Assembly (NCBI GenBank): GCA_034928535.1
Contig: JAYFOV010000004.1
Span: forward strand, 1,173 to 65,172
DNA: 64,000 nucleotides
DNA from: Candidatus Limiplasma sp.
GTDB lineage: Bacteria > Bacillota > Clostridia > Christensenellales > Aristaeellaceae
Direction of reading: 5' to 3'
Positions 45,364-54,935 of the stretch are shown here, piece by piece. The position numbers and the translations under genes are program-made. How positions within the stretch are numbered: the first letter of the stretch is position 1; every line of letters starts with the position of its first letter. The notes beneath the pieces were generated by a model. That model searched no databases. It worked only from the letters and a program-made list of their open reading frames with translations, and was not told the DNA's origin.

Positions 45364-46857
45364 TTATTCGGCAGGTGCGAACAGTGCCTGCTCCATTTGA
45401 TCCTTCTCGCACACCTGCGTATGGCGCACCGGCAACGTTTTCAGCGCTTTGATCTGGCTGGGGATGGGCACGCCCGTGTGTGCGCTGAGGCGATCCGCGC
45501 AGTCAAAGGCGGTCAACCCTTCGGCCGCGGCTTTGCCAAGCAGGGAGGTGAGCACATCCTCGGCAAATTTATAGGGGCTAGCCGTAGCCACGATCACGGC
45601 GGGCGTATGGTCGCCTGTGTCCGCGCGGTACTTGCCCAGCACGTGGCTGGCAACCGCCGTATGCGGATCCATCAGGTAGCCGGTGTGCTCAAATACGCGG
45701 CGGATCTCCTCGGCTGTCATTTGATCATCGGCAAACCCGGCGGAGAAGGTTTTTTGAAGTCCGGCCAAGCGTTGTGCGCCAATGGAAAAGCTGCCGCAAT
45801 CCTTGAGCAGATCCATCCAGGATTTGACCAGCCGTCCATCCCGCTCCGCGCTTTCATACAGCAGGCGCTCCAAGTTGGAGGAGATGAGGATGTCCATGCT
45901 GGGGCTCATGGTCTGGAAAAAGGTGCGGTGCGTATAGTAGATACCGTCGGTAAAGAAATCACTGAGCACATTGTTGCGGTTGCTGGCGCAGATGAGCCGA
46001 CCCACCGGAAGCCCCATGCGCTTGGCATAGTACCCCGCGAGGATATCCCCAAAATTGCCGGTGGGCACCACAAAGTTGAGCGGCTGCCCCATGCGCACCG
46101 CGCCGCTGTTGACCATGGCGGCATAGGTGGTGAAATAATACACCACCTGCGGCACCAGACGGCCGAAGTTGATGGAGTTTGCGGACGAGGGCAGCTTGCC
46201 CTGTGCATCCATCTTTGCATGGAAAGCCGGATCGGAAAACAGCTGCTTGACGCCGGACTGTGCATCGTCAAAATTGCCGCGCACGCCAATGACCCGCGTG
46301 TTGCTTCCCTCGGTCGTGACCATTTGCAGGCGCTGCATCTCGCTGACGCCATGATCGGGGTAAAACACGGTGCAGCTGGTGCCCGGCACATCGCGGAAGC
46401 CCTCCAGTGCGGCTTTTCCGGTGTCCCCGCTGGTAGCGACCAGGATGCTGACCTCGCGGTGCTCCTCATTCTTTTCCGCGCCCAGCCGTACCAGATAAGG
46501 CAGCAGCTTCAGGGCGATGTCCTTAAAAGCCAGCGTGGGGCCGTGAAACAGCTCCAGCACATGGATGTTGCCATCCAGGCGCTTGACAGGCGCAATGGCG
46601 GGGTCATCAAAGGCAGGCACCGAGTAGGCTGCATGCACCGCCTGCTCAATCTCCGCGCCTGAATAATCCTCCAGAAACGCGCGCAAAACGCGCTCGGCCA
46701 CCTGCTGGTAGCTCATTTGGCAGAACCCGGCGATTTTTTCCTGATTCAGCTGCGGGAACATGCTGGGCACGTACAGCCCGCCATCCTTGGCCAGACCCCA
46801 CAGCACCGCCTGCGAAGCGGTCACGCATGCGCCTCCGCGCGTGGAGTAAAACGACAT
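45364..46857 (-). CDS. thrC: Threonine synthase (long form)
   Basis: Start at MSFYSTRG with RBS GGGGGAGTGAG. Motif GPTLAFKD (PLP lysine) and SGDTGKAAL. Confidence 0.9.
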   Translation of the reverse strand: MSFYSTRGGACVTASQAVLWGLAKDGGLYVPSMFPQLNQEKIAGFCQMSYQQVAERVLRAFLEDYSGAEIEQAVHAAYSVPAFDDPAIAPVKRLDGNIHVLELFHGPTLAFKDIALKLLPYLVRLGAEKNEEHREVSILVATSGDTGKAALEGFRDVPGTSCTVFYPDHGVSEMQRLQMVTTEGSNTRVIGVRGNFDDAQSGVKQLFSDPAFHAKMDAQGKLPSSANSINFGRLVPQVVYYFTTYAAMVNSGAVRMGQPLNFVVPTGNFGDILAGYYAKRMGLPVGRLICASNRNNVLSDFFTDGIYYTHRTFFQTMSPSMDILISSNLERLLYESAERDGRLVKSWMDLLKDCGSFSIGAQRLAGLQKTFSAGFADDQMTAEEIRRVFEHTGYLMDPHTAVASHVLGKYRADTGDHTPAVIVATASPYKFAEDVLTSLLGKAAAEGLTAFDCADRLSAHTGVPIPSQIKALKTLPVRHTQVCEKDQMEQALFAPAE

Positions 46858-46987
46858 TCCACTCACTCCCCCGGTTACGTTGGATCCCCTTGGCCTTGCA
46901 TCGCCAACGCCGCACAAACCCTGCGCCGCCGCGCGGCGCGCGCCCTGCTCCCCGATCGGGCAGGGCGCGGCAACGGTGCCACTTTGC

Positions 46988-47021
46988 CAACAAGCGGAAG
47001 CCCGAAAGCTTCCGCTTGTTG
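46988..47021 (-). terminator. Perfect 14-bp-stem hairpin just after the P-loop gene stop (no U tract)
   Basis: CAACAAGCGGAAGC-ccgaaa-GCTTCCGCTTGTTG. It could be a terminator or part of the thrC leader. Confidence 0.4.
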
Positions 47022-47033
47022 ATGGATCAAGGA

Positions 47034-47444
47034 TCAGATCACATACTTTTTAATGAAATCCGGCAGCATCGCGGGATCTTCGCTGATGGAGATCACAAAA
47101 TCCACGCTGTGCTTTTCGCTGAGCGCCTCCAGCCGGTCAAAGAGCCACTGGGTGGTATCCAGCTCGCATTTGATGAGCTTTTTGAACGCGTCGATGAGGA
47201 TCAGGCCCACATCGAAGTTTTGCGCAACCGCGCCCGCCAGAAAACCCATGAACATCTGGTCGCTGGTCAGGCTGTACTCCCCCGCATTGACGAACCGCAC
47301 CTGATGGCGCAGATCGAACATGTAACGGTTATCATCGTCGATAAAGACGATGTCGTGCTTGCTTTCCTGGCTGGCCTGGTTGGCCATGTCAATGATCCGT
47401 TTGGTTTTTCCCGAGCCCTTATTGCCGGCAATCACCTGAATCAA
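47034..47444 (-). CDS. Small stand-alone P-loop NTPase (136 aa), function unknown
   Basis: TTG start 8 nt after RBS AAGGAGG. Walker A GNKGSGKT and Walker-B-like DIVFIDDD. Visibly more AT-rich than the flanks. Confidence 0.65.
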   Translation of the reverse strand: MIQVIAGNKGSGKTKRIIDMANQASQESKHDIVFIDDDNRYMFDLRHQVRFVNAGEYSLTSDQMFMGFLAGAVAQNFDVGLILIDAFKKLIKCELDTTQWLFDRLEALSEKHSVDFVISISEDPAMLPDFIKKYVI

Positions 47445-47518
47445 TGGTAACGCCTCCTTGCCTTTTGCAATTTCTCCTTGCGGCTGACCCCCATGGGGCT
47501 ATGCCTTCTACCAGTTTC

Positions 47519-47547
47519 ATTATACATGAACCCTTGCGCTTGCGCAA
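47519..47547 (-). promoter_or_regulatory. Promoter TTGCGC-N17-TATAAT (extended -10 TG) for the P-loop gene
   Basis: The hexamers and spacing are visible on the minus strand. Confidence 0.55.
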
Positions 47548-47805
47548 GGCTTGCCCTACAAAGGTGGAAGCCGTGCAAACCCTTTGCCCTCTTGCGTTTG
47601 TATGATCCCTGTAAACTCCGGCGGCGGAAAATTATCCGCAGCGTAAGGCTTTTACAGTCTGTTCACATCCTGGCGGGCGCGCCGGCGCTGCTACAGCGCG
47701 CTTTGCCGCGCTTTTGGATGCCTGCAGGCGGCTGAGTACAAGCGCGGGTGCATAGCGCTGATGGCCTGCGCACAGCCGCACAGTTGCATGGATGCCCGCG
47801 CCGCG

Positions 47806-50800
47806 TCACTCGCCTTGGGCATCCATGTCCCAGATTACCGGCTCCCCACCCGTCTCCGTAAAGTCCTCGGTACCTGTGGCCACGCGCTGCGCAGGCAGCG
47901 CCGCACCCTCCCCCTCCAGGCATGCACGGAGCTCGTCCATGCTCATGTCCGGCAACTCCCGGGTTTCCGCCCCGCGCGCATCGGCATGGAAGCCGCAAAC
48001 CCCTTGAAAATCACAGGTTTGGCAGCTGGTTGTGTTGCCGGTCTTGACCGGGAGGATGGCCGTATCTCCCTGATAGAGCTGCTGCGCCATCTCCGCGGCC
48101 TGCGCGCGGGCATGCGACAGCAGTGCGTGCATCTGCTGCCTGTCCAGCACCCGCGCATCCTTGCGCAGCGCGCCGCCCTTGGTCGTCATCGCGCCAATGG
48201 CGATGGGCGCATCCGCCTGATCCATAGCGTTTAGCACCTGGTCATCCGCCAGGGCCACGCCTTTCATTTGCAGCTGCTTGAGAATCTCGGCTTCCGCCAG
48301 GGCAGGCTCGTCCACATCCAGCTGCGCCAAGGGGTCGTTCACATGAAAGTAAAATGCCCCCGCGGGCTGCGAGCCGGGCAAGCTGCCCACCGCCGCATCC
48401 AGATAGACCATGAGTTGGAGCTGGAGTCCCCACCAGGTTTTGGCGGCTTCCACCGTGTTTTTGCTGCTCTTGTAATCCACCACGCGCAGGTAGCGTTCTT
48501 CCCCCGCGTCAAAGCGGTCGATGCGGTCAATTTTACCCTGCAGCACCACTTCCGTCCCGTCAGCAAGGCGCAGCGTCACAGGCGGAAGGCTTTCCCCGTC
48601 CGGGTAGCCAAAGCGTGCCTCGGCTTTGTACAGGGTAAACTGTCCGGCTGCCAAATGCTCCGTGACCACCCGGCAGGCACGCCGCACGATGCGCTTTGCC
48701 CGCTCCAGCCCGGCTAAACTTCGCGGGGAATCGCCCATGGGGCCGGCCAGCAGGCGCTCCAGCAAAGGCTGCACCGCCGCATCGGCCAACGCATCCGCCT
48801 GCTCCACCGGGATGTGCGGGTATGCCGGTTGCCCGCTGGCCAGCGCCGCAAAGTTTTGCAAGCTGGTATGGAAAAACACGCCCAGATCGATCGGATCCAC
48901 ACCCCAATCCCGGACAATTTCCGGGCGCAAGCCATAATTGACAAAGTGCCTGAACGGGCATGCGGCAAACTCCTCCAGACGGCTGACAGACAGCGTGCGG
49001 TCATGAAACAGGGCACGCGCGGCATCCGGCGCCAGGGGCACGCTTTGCACCCGGTAATCGGCGGCACGCAGCAGACGGGCCGTCTCGTGCGCGGTGGCCG
49101 GGCTTGACAGCAGCCGCGCCAGCCGCGCGCGCCAACGCTGCGGGAGCAGCTCCTCGCCCCCATCGGCATAACCGCGGAGCAATCCGCTCAATGCCTGCAT
49201 GGCCTGCGCGGCGGAGTAAGGCAAATCGCGCTCGGGCACCGGCTCCTGGGGCAGGCCGTGAAACAGCCGCTCCTGCAAGGCAGCCAACAGATCCAGTGGC
49301 CGCAGCGCCTTGCCTGTGGGGTCGGTCTTGGCATAGCTTACGAAAAGGTATGTCGTGGGCAGCGTCATGGCGGTTTTGACATCCATGCGGGCAAAGCGTG
49401 CGCGGCTTTCATCCGTCATGCCCAGATAAGCGCCGGTCGCCTCCTGGGTGGCGGCGCGTTCGTCCTCGGAAAGCAGGCTGTCCGCGGTACGGCTGAGCAC
49501 GCCATCGTTCAGCCCCAGCAGGAACACCGCGTCCATCTCTCCGGAAAGCGAATGCCCCAGCACCCCGGCATGCAGCATCTGGCTGGCCGGCGGCAGCGCG
49601 CCCAGCGTGACGGCCGCAAAGCCGCAGGCAAGGCGATCCCCCAGGCGGCTGAGCGGGATGCGCGCGCCATCGGCAATGGCATGGAGCTGCTCCAGTATAT
49701 CCAGTACGGTTTGCCATATCTGGCTGTTTTGCCCTGCGCGCACCAGCATGTTCTCGGCGGTGAGCGCCGCCTCCTCCCGCTGGAGGGCTTCATAGGCCTG
49801 CACATCCGTCAAAAGCCCCATCACGGCGGCCAGCGAGCTTTGCGCATCCCTCGCCGCAACGATGGCGGCGCGCGCACGGGTCAGCGGCGCCATGAGGCGT
49901 TCCCGCAGGCGCTCACAATTGGCCGCGCACTGTTCCGCCCCGCGCGTGAAGGGAGCCAACCATTTTTTGCGGTTGATGCCAAACGCCCGGGCATAGTTCT
50001 CCAGCTCGCACGCCTCCTCAAAGGTGAGCGGGGCAAAGCCGGATTTCATGACCGCGACCAGATCGGCGGTCTGCCATTCCCCGGCCATGGCTGCAATGGC
50101 CGCCAGCAAAAAGCGCACCAGCCCATGGGTGGCCGCGGGCAGTTTCTCGTCCGTATAATAGGGAAGGCCGCTGTCACGCAGGGCGGCGTCCACCGCAAAA
50201 GCGTATCCGTTCTGATCGGGGTACAGCACTGCAATGCGTTCAATGTTCATGCCGCCGTCCAGCAGGCGCATGACCTGCCGCGCCGCGTAGGTCGCCTCCT
50301 CAAAGGGACTCATGTGCTGGGAGAGGAAAATGCTCCGCTGCTCTTGCGTAAAGCGGCGCTCCGGATAGCAGAACAGCGCCTCATCCAGATGGCGGATGGC
50401 CGGCGCGTGCGGCAGCGGCGCGTGGGGCAGCCAGACCTCCCGCAGCGCCACGCCACGCTCCCGCAGGGCAAGGGCAAAACGTTGCACGCTCTGGCGCACG
50501 GGGCGGTATAGCTCCGCATCCGGCGCGGTTTCCGCCGCGCACAGCAGCGCGACGCTCAGGCTCTGGCACAGGGGCGCGGCGGCGCACAGCAGGTCCATCA
50601 GCTGCGCGGGAAGCGCGTCAAATCCGTACACAAAAATATGCTTGTCCCCGAGCAGGCCGCTTTCCGGCAGCCGGGCGGCAATGTAGCGCAGCTGATCCTC
50701 CCCGTCGCCAAAGCGCCCGCTCAACGCCGCTTCATAGGTTTGAAACACCGTGGCAAGGTCGGTCAGCTTGACGCGGCGCATGCCTTCCGGCAGCGCTTGC

Positions 50801-51222
50801 GCATAGGCAAGCAACGCATCCGGGGAAAGCCCGCCGCGCTTCATATCCGTGATCAGCGCGGTCAGTTTTTCCGCAAACCCCAGTCGGTAAACAGCGGATT
50901 GATAATAGGCGAGTTTCTTTTCGCATTTTTCCAGCGCAAGGCTCACCGCCATGCGCCGCCCGGCAGCCGAGAGCGGCGCGCGCGGGTCAGCGCCTACCGC
51001 ATCGGTCACGCGTTGGGCAAAGCGTGTGGGCGACAGCACATCGATGGTAAAAAAGCCTGGCAGGCGCAGCCGCTCCAGCAGCTCCCGCTCCGCCTGGAGT
51101 GTGAATTGCTCCGGCACCAGCAAAATGCTGGGTTTGCCTTGCGCGTGCAAAGCGCCGATGGCCTCCACCACCGGTTGCAGCAGCCGATGCGGCCGCCCCA
51201 GCCAAACGCTCACCTCCGGCAC
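47806..51222 (-). CDS. addB: Helicase-nuclease AddB-type subunit (PD-(D/E)XK nuclease with Fe-S cluster, degenerate N-terminal Walker A)
   Basis: GTG start after RBS AAAGGAGGGG. N-terminus LGRPHRLLQ...ILLVPEQFTLQAE. Nuclease motif RVVDYKS. Cys pattern C...CQTCDFQGVC. Confidence 0.85.
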   Translation of the reverse strand: MPEVSVWLGRPHRLLQPVVEAIGALHAQGKPSILLVPEQFTLQAERELLERLRLPGFFTIDVLSPTRFAQRVTDAVGADPRAPLSAAGRRMAVSLALEKCEKKLAYYQSAVYRLGFAEKLTALITDMKRGGLSPDALLAYAQALPEGMRRVKLTDLATVFQTYEAALSGRFGDGEDQLRYIAARLPESGLLGDKHIFVYGFDALPAQLMDLLCAAAPLCQSLSVALLCAAETAPDAELYRPVRQSVQRFALALRERGVALREVWLPHAPLPHAPAIRHLDEALFCYPERRFTQEQRSIFLSQHMSPFEEATYAARQVMRLLDGGMNIERIAVLYPDQNGYAFAVDAALRDSGLPYYTDEKLPAATHGLVRFLLAAIAAMAGEWQTADLVAVMKSGFAPLTFEEACELENYARAFGINRKKWLAPFTRGAEQCAANCERLRERLMAPLTRARAAIVAARDAQSSLAAVMGLLTDVQAYEALQREEAALTAENMLVRAGQNSQIWQTVLDILEQLHAIADGARIPLSRLGDRLACGFAAVTLGALPPASQMLHAGVLGHSLSGEMDAVFLLGLNDGVLSRTADSLLSEDERAATQEATGAYLGMTDESRARFARMDVKTAMTLPTTYLFVSYAKTDPTGKALRPLDLLAALQERLFHGLPQEPVPERDLPYSAAQAMQALSGLLRGYADGGEELLPQRWRARLARLLSSPATAHETARLLRAADYRVQSVPLAPDAARALFHDRTLSVSRLEEFAACPFRHFVNYGLRPEIVRDWGVDPIDLGVFFHTSLQNFAALASGQPAYPHIPVEQADALADAAVQPLLERLLAGPMGDSPRSLAGLERAKRIVRRACRVVTEHLAAGQFTLYKAEARFGYPDGESLPPVTLRLADGTEVVLQGKIDRIDRFDAGEERYLRVVDYKSSKNTVEAAKTWWGLQLQLMVYLDAAVGSLPGSQPAGAFYFHVNDPLAQLDVDEPALAEAEILKQLQMKGVALADDQVLNAMDQADAPIAIGAMTTKGGALRKDARVLDRQQMHALLSHARAQAAEMAQQLYQGDTAILPVKTGNTTSCQTCDFQGVCGFHADARGAETRELPDMSMDELRACLEGEGAALPAQRVATGTEDFTETGGEPVIWDMDAQGE

Positions 51223-51298
51223 GGCAACCCCTCCTTTTGCGTGGCGCGATCCTTTGTGATATGATACCACAGAAGTGGGTTTTTGGGGAGGGATCGGC

Positions 51299-52651
51299 AT
51301 GCGGGACACCATCGCGGGCATTGCGACTGCCCTGGGCGAAGGGGGCGTAGCCATCGTACGCATCAGCGGGGAACAAGCCATAACGCTGTTCACGCAGGCG
51401 TTCCGCGCGCAGCGGCGCACGCCGCCCTACGAAAGCCACCGCCTCATGTACGGCCACGTGGTGGATGCATCCGGCGCGCCCATTGATGAAGCCATGGGCG
51501 TGGTCATGCATGCGCCCAACACCTACACCCGCGAGGATGTATGCGAGCTGCACACCCACGGCGGCCATGCAGCCGCGCAAACCACCCTGCAGCGGGTGCT
51601 GGCGCTGGGTGCACGTCCAGCTGAGGCAGGCGAGTTCACCCGCCGCGCCTTCATGAATGGGCGGCTGGATCTGGCGCAGGCCGAAGCCGTGATGGGCGTG
51701 ATCGGCGCACGTTCCCAGGCTGCCCTGAAGGCAGAACAGGCACTGCTCGCCGGCGGCGCGAGCCGTTTTATCCACACGGCGCAGGCATCCCTGATCACCT
51801 TGATTGCCGGGGTGGAAGCGCACCTGGATTACCCCGACGAGATCGACGAGACCGAGGCCACCGCCGCCCTGCGCCAAGGGCTGCACACCTTGCAGCAAAC
51901 CTTGAATGCGGCTGTGGATGAGCGCGGCGCACGCATCCTGCGCCAGGGGCTGCGCGTTGCGCTGTGCGGCAAGCCCAACGCGGGCAAGAGCACACTGTTT
52001 AACGCGCTGCTGGGTGAGGACCGCGCCATTGTAACGGCCATCCCCGGCACCACGCGGGATGTGCTGGAGGGCAGCATGAGCCTTGGCGGGCTCCAGGTGC
52101 TGCTGATGGATACCGCCGGCCTGCGGGACAGCGAGGACACCGTGGAGCGCATCGGCGTTGCGCGGGCACGCGACGCCATCGCCGCAGCCGATGTCGCGCT
52201 GCTGCTCGTGGATGCCAGCACCCCGCTGGATGCGGACGCGCGCGCGCTGCTCACCCAGCCCATGCCTTGCCCCTGTGCCGTACTGCTGAGCAAAGGGGAT
52301 GCAGCCCCCCTCATCACAGCGGAGGAGATCGCCGCGCTATGCGGCCATACGCCCATCCTGACGGTATCCGCCGTCACGGGTCATGGGCTGGCCGATGTGC
52401 GCGCCTACCTGCAGGCACAGGCCAAGCTCCCGCAGGAGGGCATGCTCACACACGCTCGTCATATGGCTGCCGCCCGGGAAGCCGCCGCCAAACTGTTGCA
52501 GGCGAGCGCCGCGCTGGATGCAGGCCTGCCGCTGGATCTGGCCGCGGTGGATCTGCGCGATGCGCTGTGGCTGCTGGGGCGCATCACCGGTGAAAGCGTG
52601 GATGACCAATTGCTGGATGAGATTTTCTCGACCTTCTGCGTGGGCAAGTGA
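51299..52651 (+). CDS. mnmE: tRNA modification GTPase MnmE
   Basis: N-terminus DTIAGIATALGEGGVAIVRISG. G-domain motifs GKPNAGKS and DTAG. C-terminal FCVGK. Confidence 0.93.
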   Translation: MRDTIAGIATALGEGGVAIVRISGEQAITLFTQAFRAQRRTPPYESHRLMYGHVVDASGAPIDEAMGVVMHAPNTYTREDVCELHTHGGHAAAQTTLQRVLALGARPAEAGEFTRRAFMNGRLDLAQAEAVMGVIGARSQAALKAEQALLAGGASRFIHTAQASLITLIAGVEAHLDYPDEIDETEATAALRQGLHTLQQTLNAAVDERGARILRQGLRVALCGKPNAGKSTLFNALLGEDRAIVTAIPGTTRDVLEGSMSLGGLQVLLMDTAGLRDSEDTVERIGVARARDAIAAADVALLLVDASTPLDADARALLTQPMPCPCAVLLSKGDAAPLITAEEIAALCGHTPILTVSAVTGHGLADVRAYLQAQAKLPQEGMLTHARHMAAAREAAAKLLQASAALDAGLPLDLAAVDLRDALWLLGRITGESVDDQLLDEIFSTFCVGK

Positions 52652-52973
52652 TATGGCTGCAAGCCCAGCGGCACATTGCCGGGCGCGGAAGGCCGGGAGC
52701 TTGCTTCTGCGCCGGATGGCCGCACGCATCGCTTGGGGGTGGGCGGCGCGGTTCGTGGGCAAAGCTTTGCCAAACAGCCCGGCCATGCCGGCCTGCCAAG
52801 CTCATTAACATGCCTTGGTTATGCGCCGCCCTTTCTTGAGCCGCTGCGCTTCCGGCTGTTTACCCGCTCATGGCAACCCTGCAGCGCAAGGCTACGCGCT
52901 TTGCCCCAATCACCTTAGGGTCGTACCCATTGGGGAGTATGGCCGGTTTCCTCCTTTGGCTTTCTCTTTGGGG

Positions 52974-53020
52974 ATATAGGCAAAACAGGCTGGCGATTCG
53001 CCAGCCTGTTTTGCCTATAT
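52974..53020. terminator. Bidirectional terminator (perfect palindrome) between mnmE and the convergent ABC operon
   Basis: ATATAGGCAAAACAGGCTGGCGA-t-TCGCCAGCCTGTTTTGCCTATAT. A/T tracts sit on both sides of the stem. Confidence 0.75.
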
Positions 53021-53094
53021 CCGCCCGCAGGATGTGCCCTGCGCTGTCAAACCCTGGGGCAACCGTCTTATTTTGCCCGCCATGCCGCGCCCCG

Positions 53095-53892
53095 TTAATC
53101 CCCCAGCAGCATCCGGTCATTATCCAGCGCGGTGCCTTGTGTGCCGCTGTACTGGCGCAACAGATCGTCCACCTGCATGGCGGCGCGCTGCTCCCCTGCC
53201 ACATCCAATATGATGCGCCCGCGCGCCATCATGATGGTGCGGTTGCCTAGCGCCAGCGCACTTTTCATGTTATGGGTGATCATCATGGTTTTGAGCTGTT
53301 GCTCGCGCACGGTTTGCACGGTGATGGCGAGCACTTTTTCCGCCGTGGCAGGATCCAGCGCGGCCGTGTGCTCATCCAGCAAAAGCAGCTTGGGTTTGGC
53401 GATGGTGGCCATCAGCAGGGTCATGGCCTGCCGCTGGCCGCCGGAGAGCAGGCCGACTTTCATCTTCATCCGATCTTCCAGCCCCATGCCAAAGGCGGCA
53501 AGCCTATCCCACAGGATATCCATGTCCCGCTTTTGCAGCGCGCGTGCCAGCGGAAAGCGGTTGCCGCGCGTGAAGGCCAGCGCCAGGTTTTCGGCAATGG
53601 TCATATCCGGTGCGGTGCCCTTGAGCGGATCCTGAAACAGCACACCGATTTTCTGCGCGCGTTTGTGGATGGGCTGGTAGGTCACATCCTCCCCATCCAG
53701 CACCACATGGCCGCGATCCGGCCAGAACGCGCCGCTGATCGCGCCAAACAGCGTGCTCTTGCCTGCGCCGTTGGAGCCGAGGATGGTTACAAAATCCCCT
53801 TCATGCAGGGTAAAGTTCACATTGGTGAGGGCGGCATGCTCGTTTGCCGTGCCCTTGCCAAAGGTTTTGCTCAGGTTTTGAAGCTCAAGCAT
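53095..53892 (-). CDS. ABC transporter ATP-binding protein (uptake system)
   Basis: Walker A GSNGAGKST, signature LSGGQRQA, Walker B LLLLDEHTAALD. It overlaps the permease stop. Confidence 0.88.
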   Translation of the reverse strand: MLELQNLSKTFGKGTANEHAALTNVNFTLHEGDFVTILGSNGAGKSTLFGAISGAFWPDRGHVVLDGEDVTYQPIHKRAQKIGVLFQDPLKGTAPDMTIAENLALAFTRGNRFPLARALQKRDMDILWDRLAAFGMGLEDRMKMKVGLLSGGQRQAMTLLMATIAKPKLLLLDEHTAALDPATAEKVLAITVQTVREQQLKTMMITHNMKSALALGNRTIMMARGRIILDVAGEQRAAMQVDDLLRQYSGTQGTALDNDRMLLGD

Positions 53893-54808
53893 CGCGTTTG
53901 CCCTCCCTGCGCTGGCGCTGCCTTGCCAGCGCCTCCTGTATGGTGGGGATGCTCAGCGCCACGCCTACGATCACCGCGGAAATGAGCTTGAGGAAATACG
54001 CCGGGAACACGTTGGTGGAAAGGGCCAGTGAGATGATGAACCGGTACAGCACCGAGCCGACGATCGCTGATACGAGCCCCACCGTGACTCCACGCCGCCC
54101 AAAAACGGCCTCCCCGATGATCACGCTGGCCAGCCCCACCACCAAAATGCCGATGCCGCTTGAAATATCCGCATAACCCTGATATTGCGCCACAATGCCG
54201 CCCGACAGCGCGATGCAGCCGTTGCTCACCGCCAGCCCCATGATCTTCATGGCGGAAGCGTTGATGGAGCTGGAGCGCACCATGGCCTCGTTGTTGCCGG
54301 TCGCGCGGATGCAAAGCCCAAGGTGCGTTTTGAAAAACCAGATGAGCATCGCCAGCACCAGCGCCGCCAGCACCAGCGCCACCACCAGCTTGACCACATC
54401 CTTGGAAAGCGGCGCAAGCAGCGCAAAAAGCTGCTGGTACAGCGTTTCCTTGCCGATGAGGGACACGTTTGCGCTGGCGCCCATGATGGCCAGATTGACC
54501 GTATACAGGCCGCTCATGGTCAGGATGCCCGCCAAAATAGGATGGATACCCACCTTGGTCTGCAACAATCCGGTAACCGCCCCCGCCGCCATGCCACACA
54601 GGAAGGCGGCCAGCAGGCCAAGGTAGGGCGCGCCTGTCAGCGTGACCATTGCCGAGGTCGCCACGCCCAGCGTGAAACTGCCCTCGGCCGTCAGATCGGG
54701 CGTATTCAGGATGCGAAAACTGATGAACACGCCCATGGCAAGCAGCCCATACATCAGCCCCAGTTGCAGGGAACCCAGCGCCAGTGTCATGTGTGTACCC
54801 CATTTCAT
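53885..54808 (-). CDS. ABC transporter permease (branched-chain-type inner-membrane component)
   Basis: Multi-TM protein. The start could instead be the ATG at 54790. Operon context. Confidence 0.82.
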   Translation of the reverse strand: MKWGTHMTLALGSLQLGLMYGLLAMGVFISFRILNTPDLTAEGSFTLGVATSAMVTLTGAPYLGLLAAFLCGMAAGAVTGLLQTKVGIHPILAGILTMSGLYTVNLAIMGASANVSLIGKETLYQQLFALLAPLSKDVVKLVVALVLAALVLAMLIWFFKTHLGLCIRATGNNEAMVRSSSINASAMKIMGLAVSNGCIALSGGIVAQYQGYADISSGIGILVVGLASVIIGEAVFGRRGVTVGLVSAIVGSVLYRFIISLALSTNVFPAYFLKLISAVIVGVALSIPTIQEALARQRQRREGKRDA

Positions 54809-54935
54809 GGTATTGGTGATGGGTGCGGGCGGCTGCCCGCACCCCTATCTGCATCTGTCTTGGTACGTCCGCGCGCTGTTGACTCGGGGGTATCCGGGCG
54901 CGGCGGGTCATCCCCGGCCGTGCCCGATCCGTCGG

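Noticed and set aside
44557-46662. Very long ORFs lying antisense to confidently assigned genes. Examples are 44557..46662 (+), 17781..19064 (-), 23029..24567 (-), 24729..26612 (-), 27011..28795 (-), 31332..33014 (+), 59391..60896 (-) and 61995..63347 (-).
   Set aside because: They are typical shadow ORFs of high-GC DNA. Their translations are Arg/Ala/Gly/His-rich with no recognisable motifs or RBS. In every case the opposite strand encodes a protein with clear family signatures.
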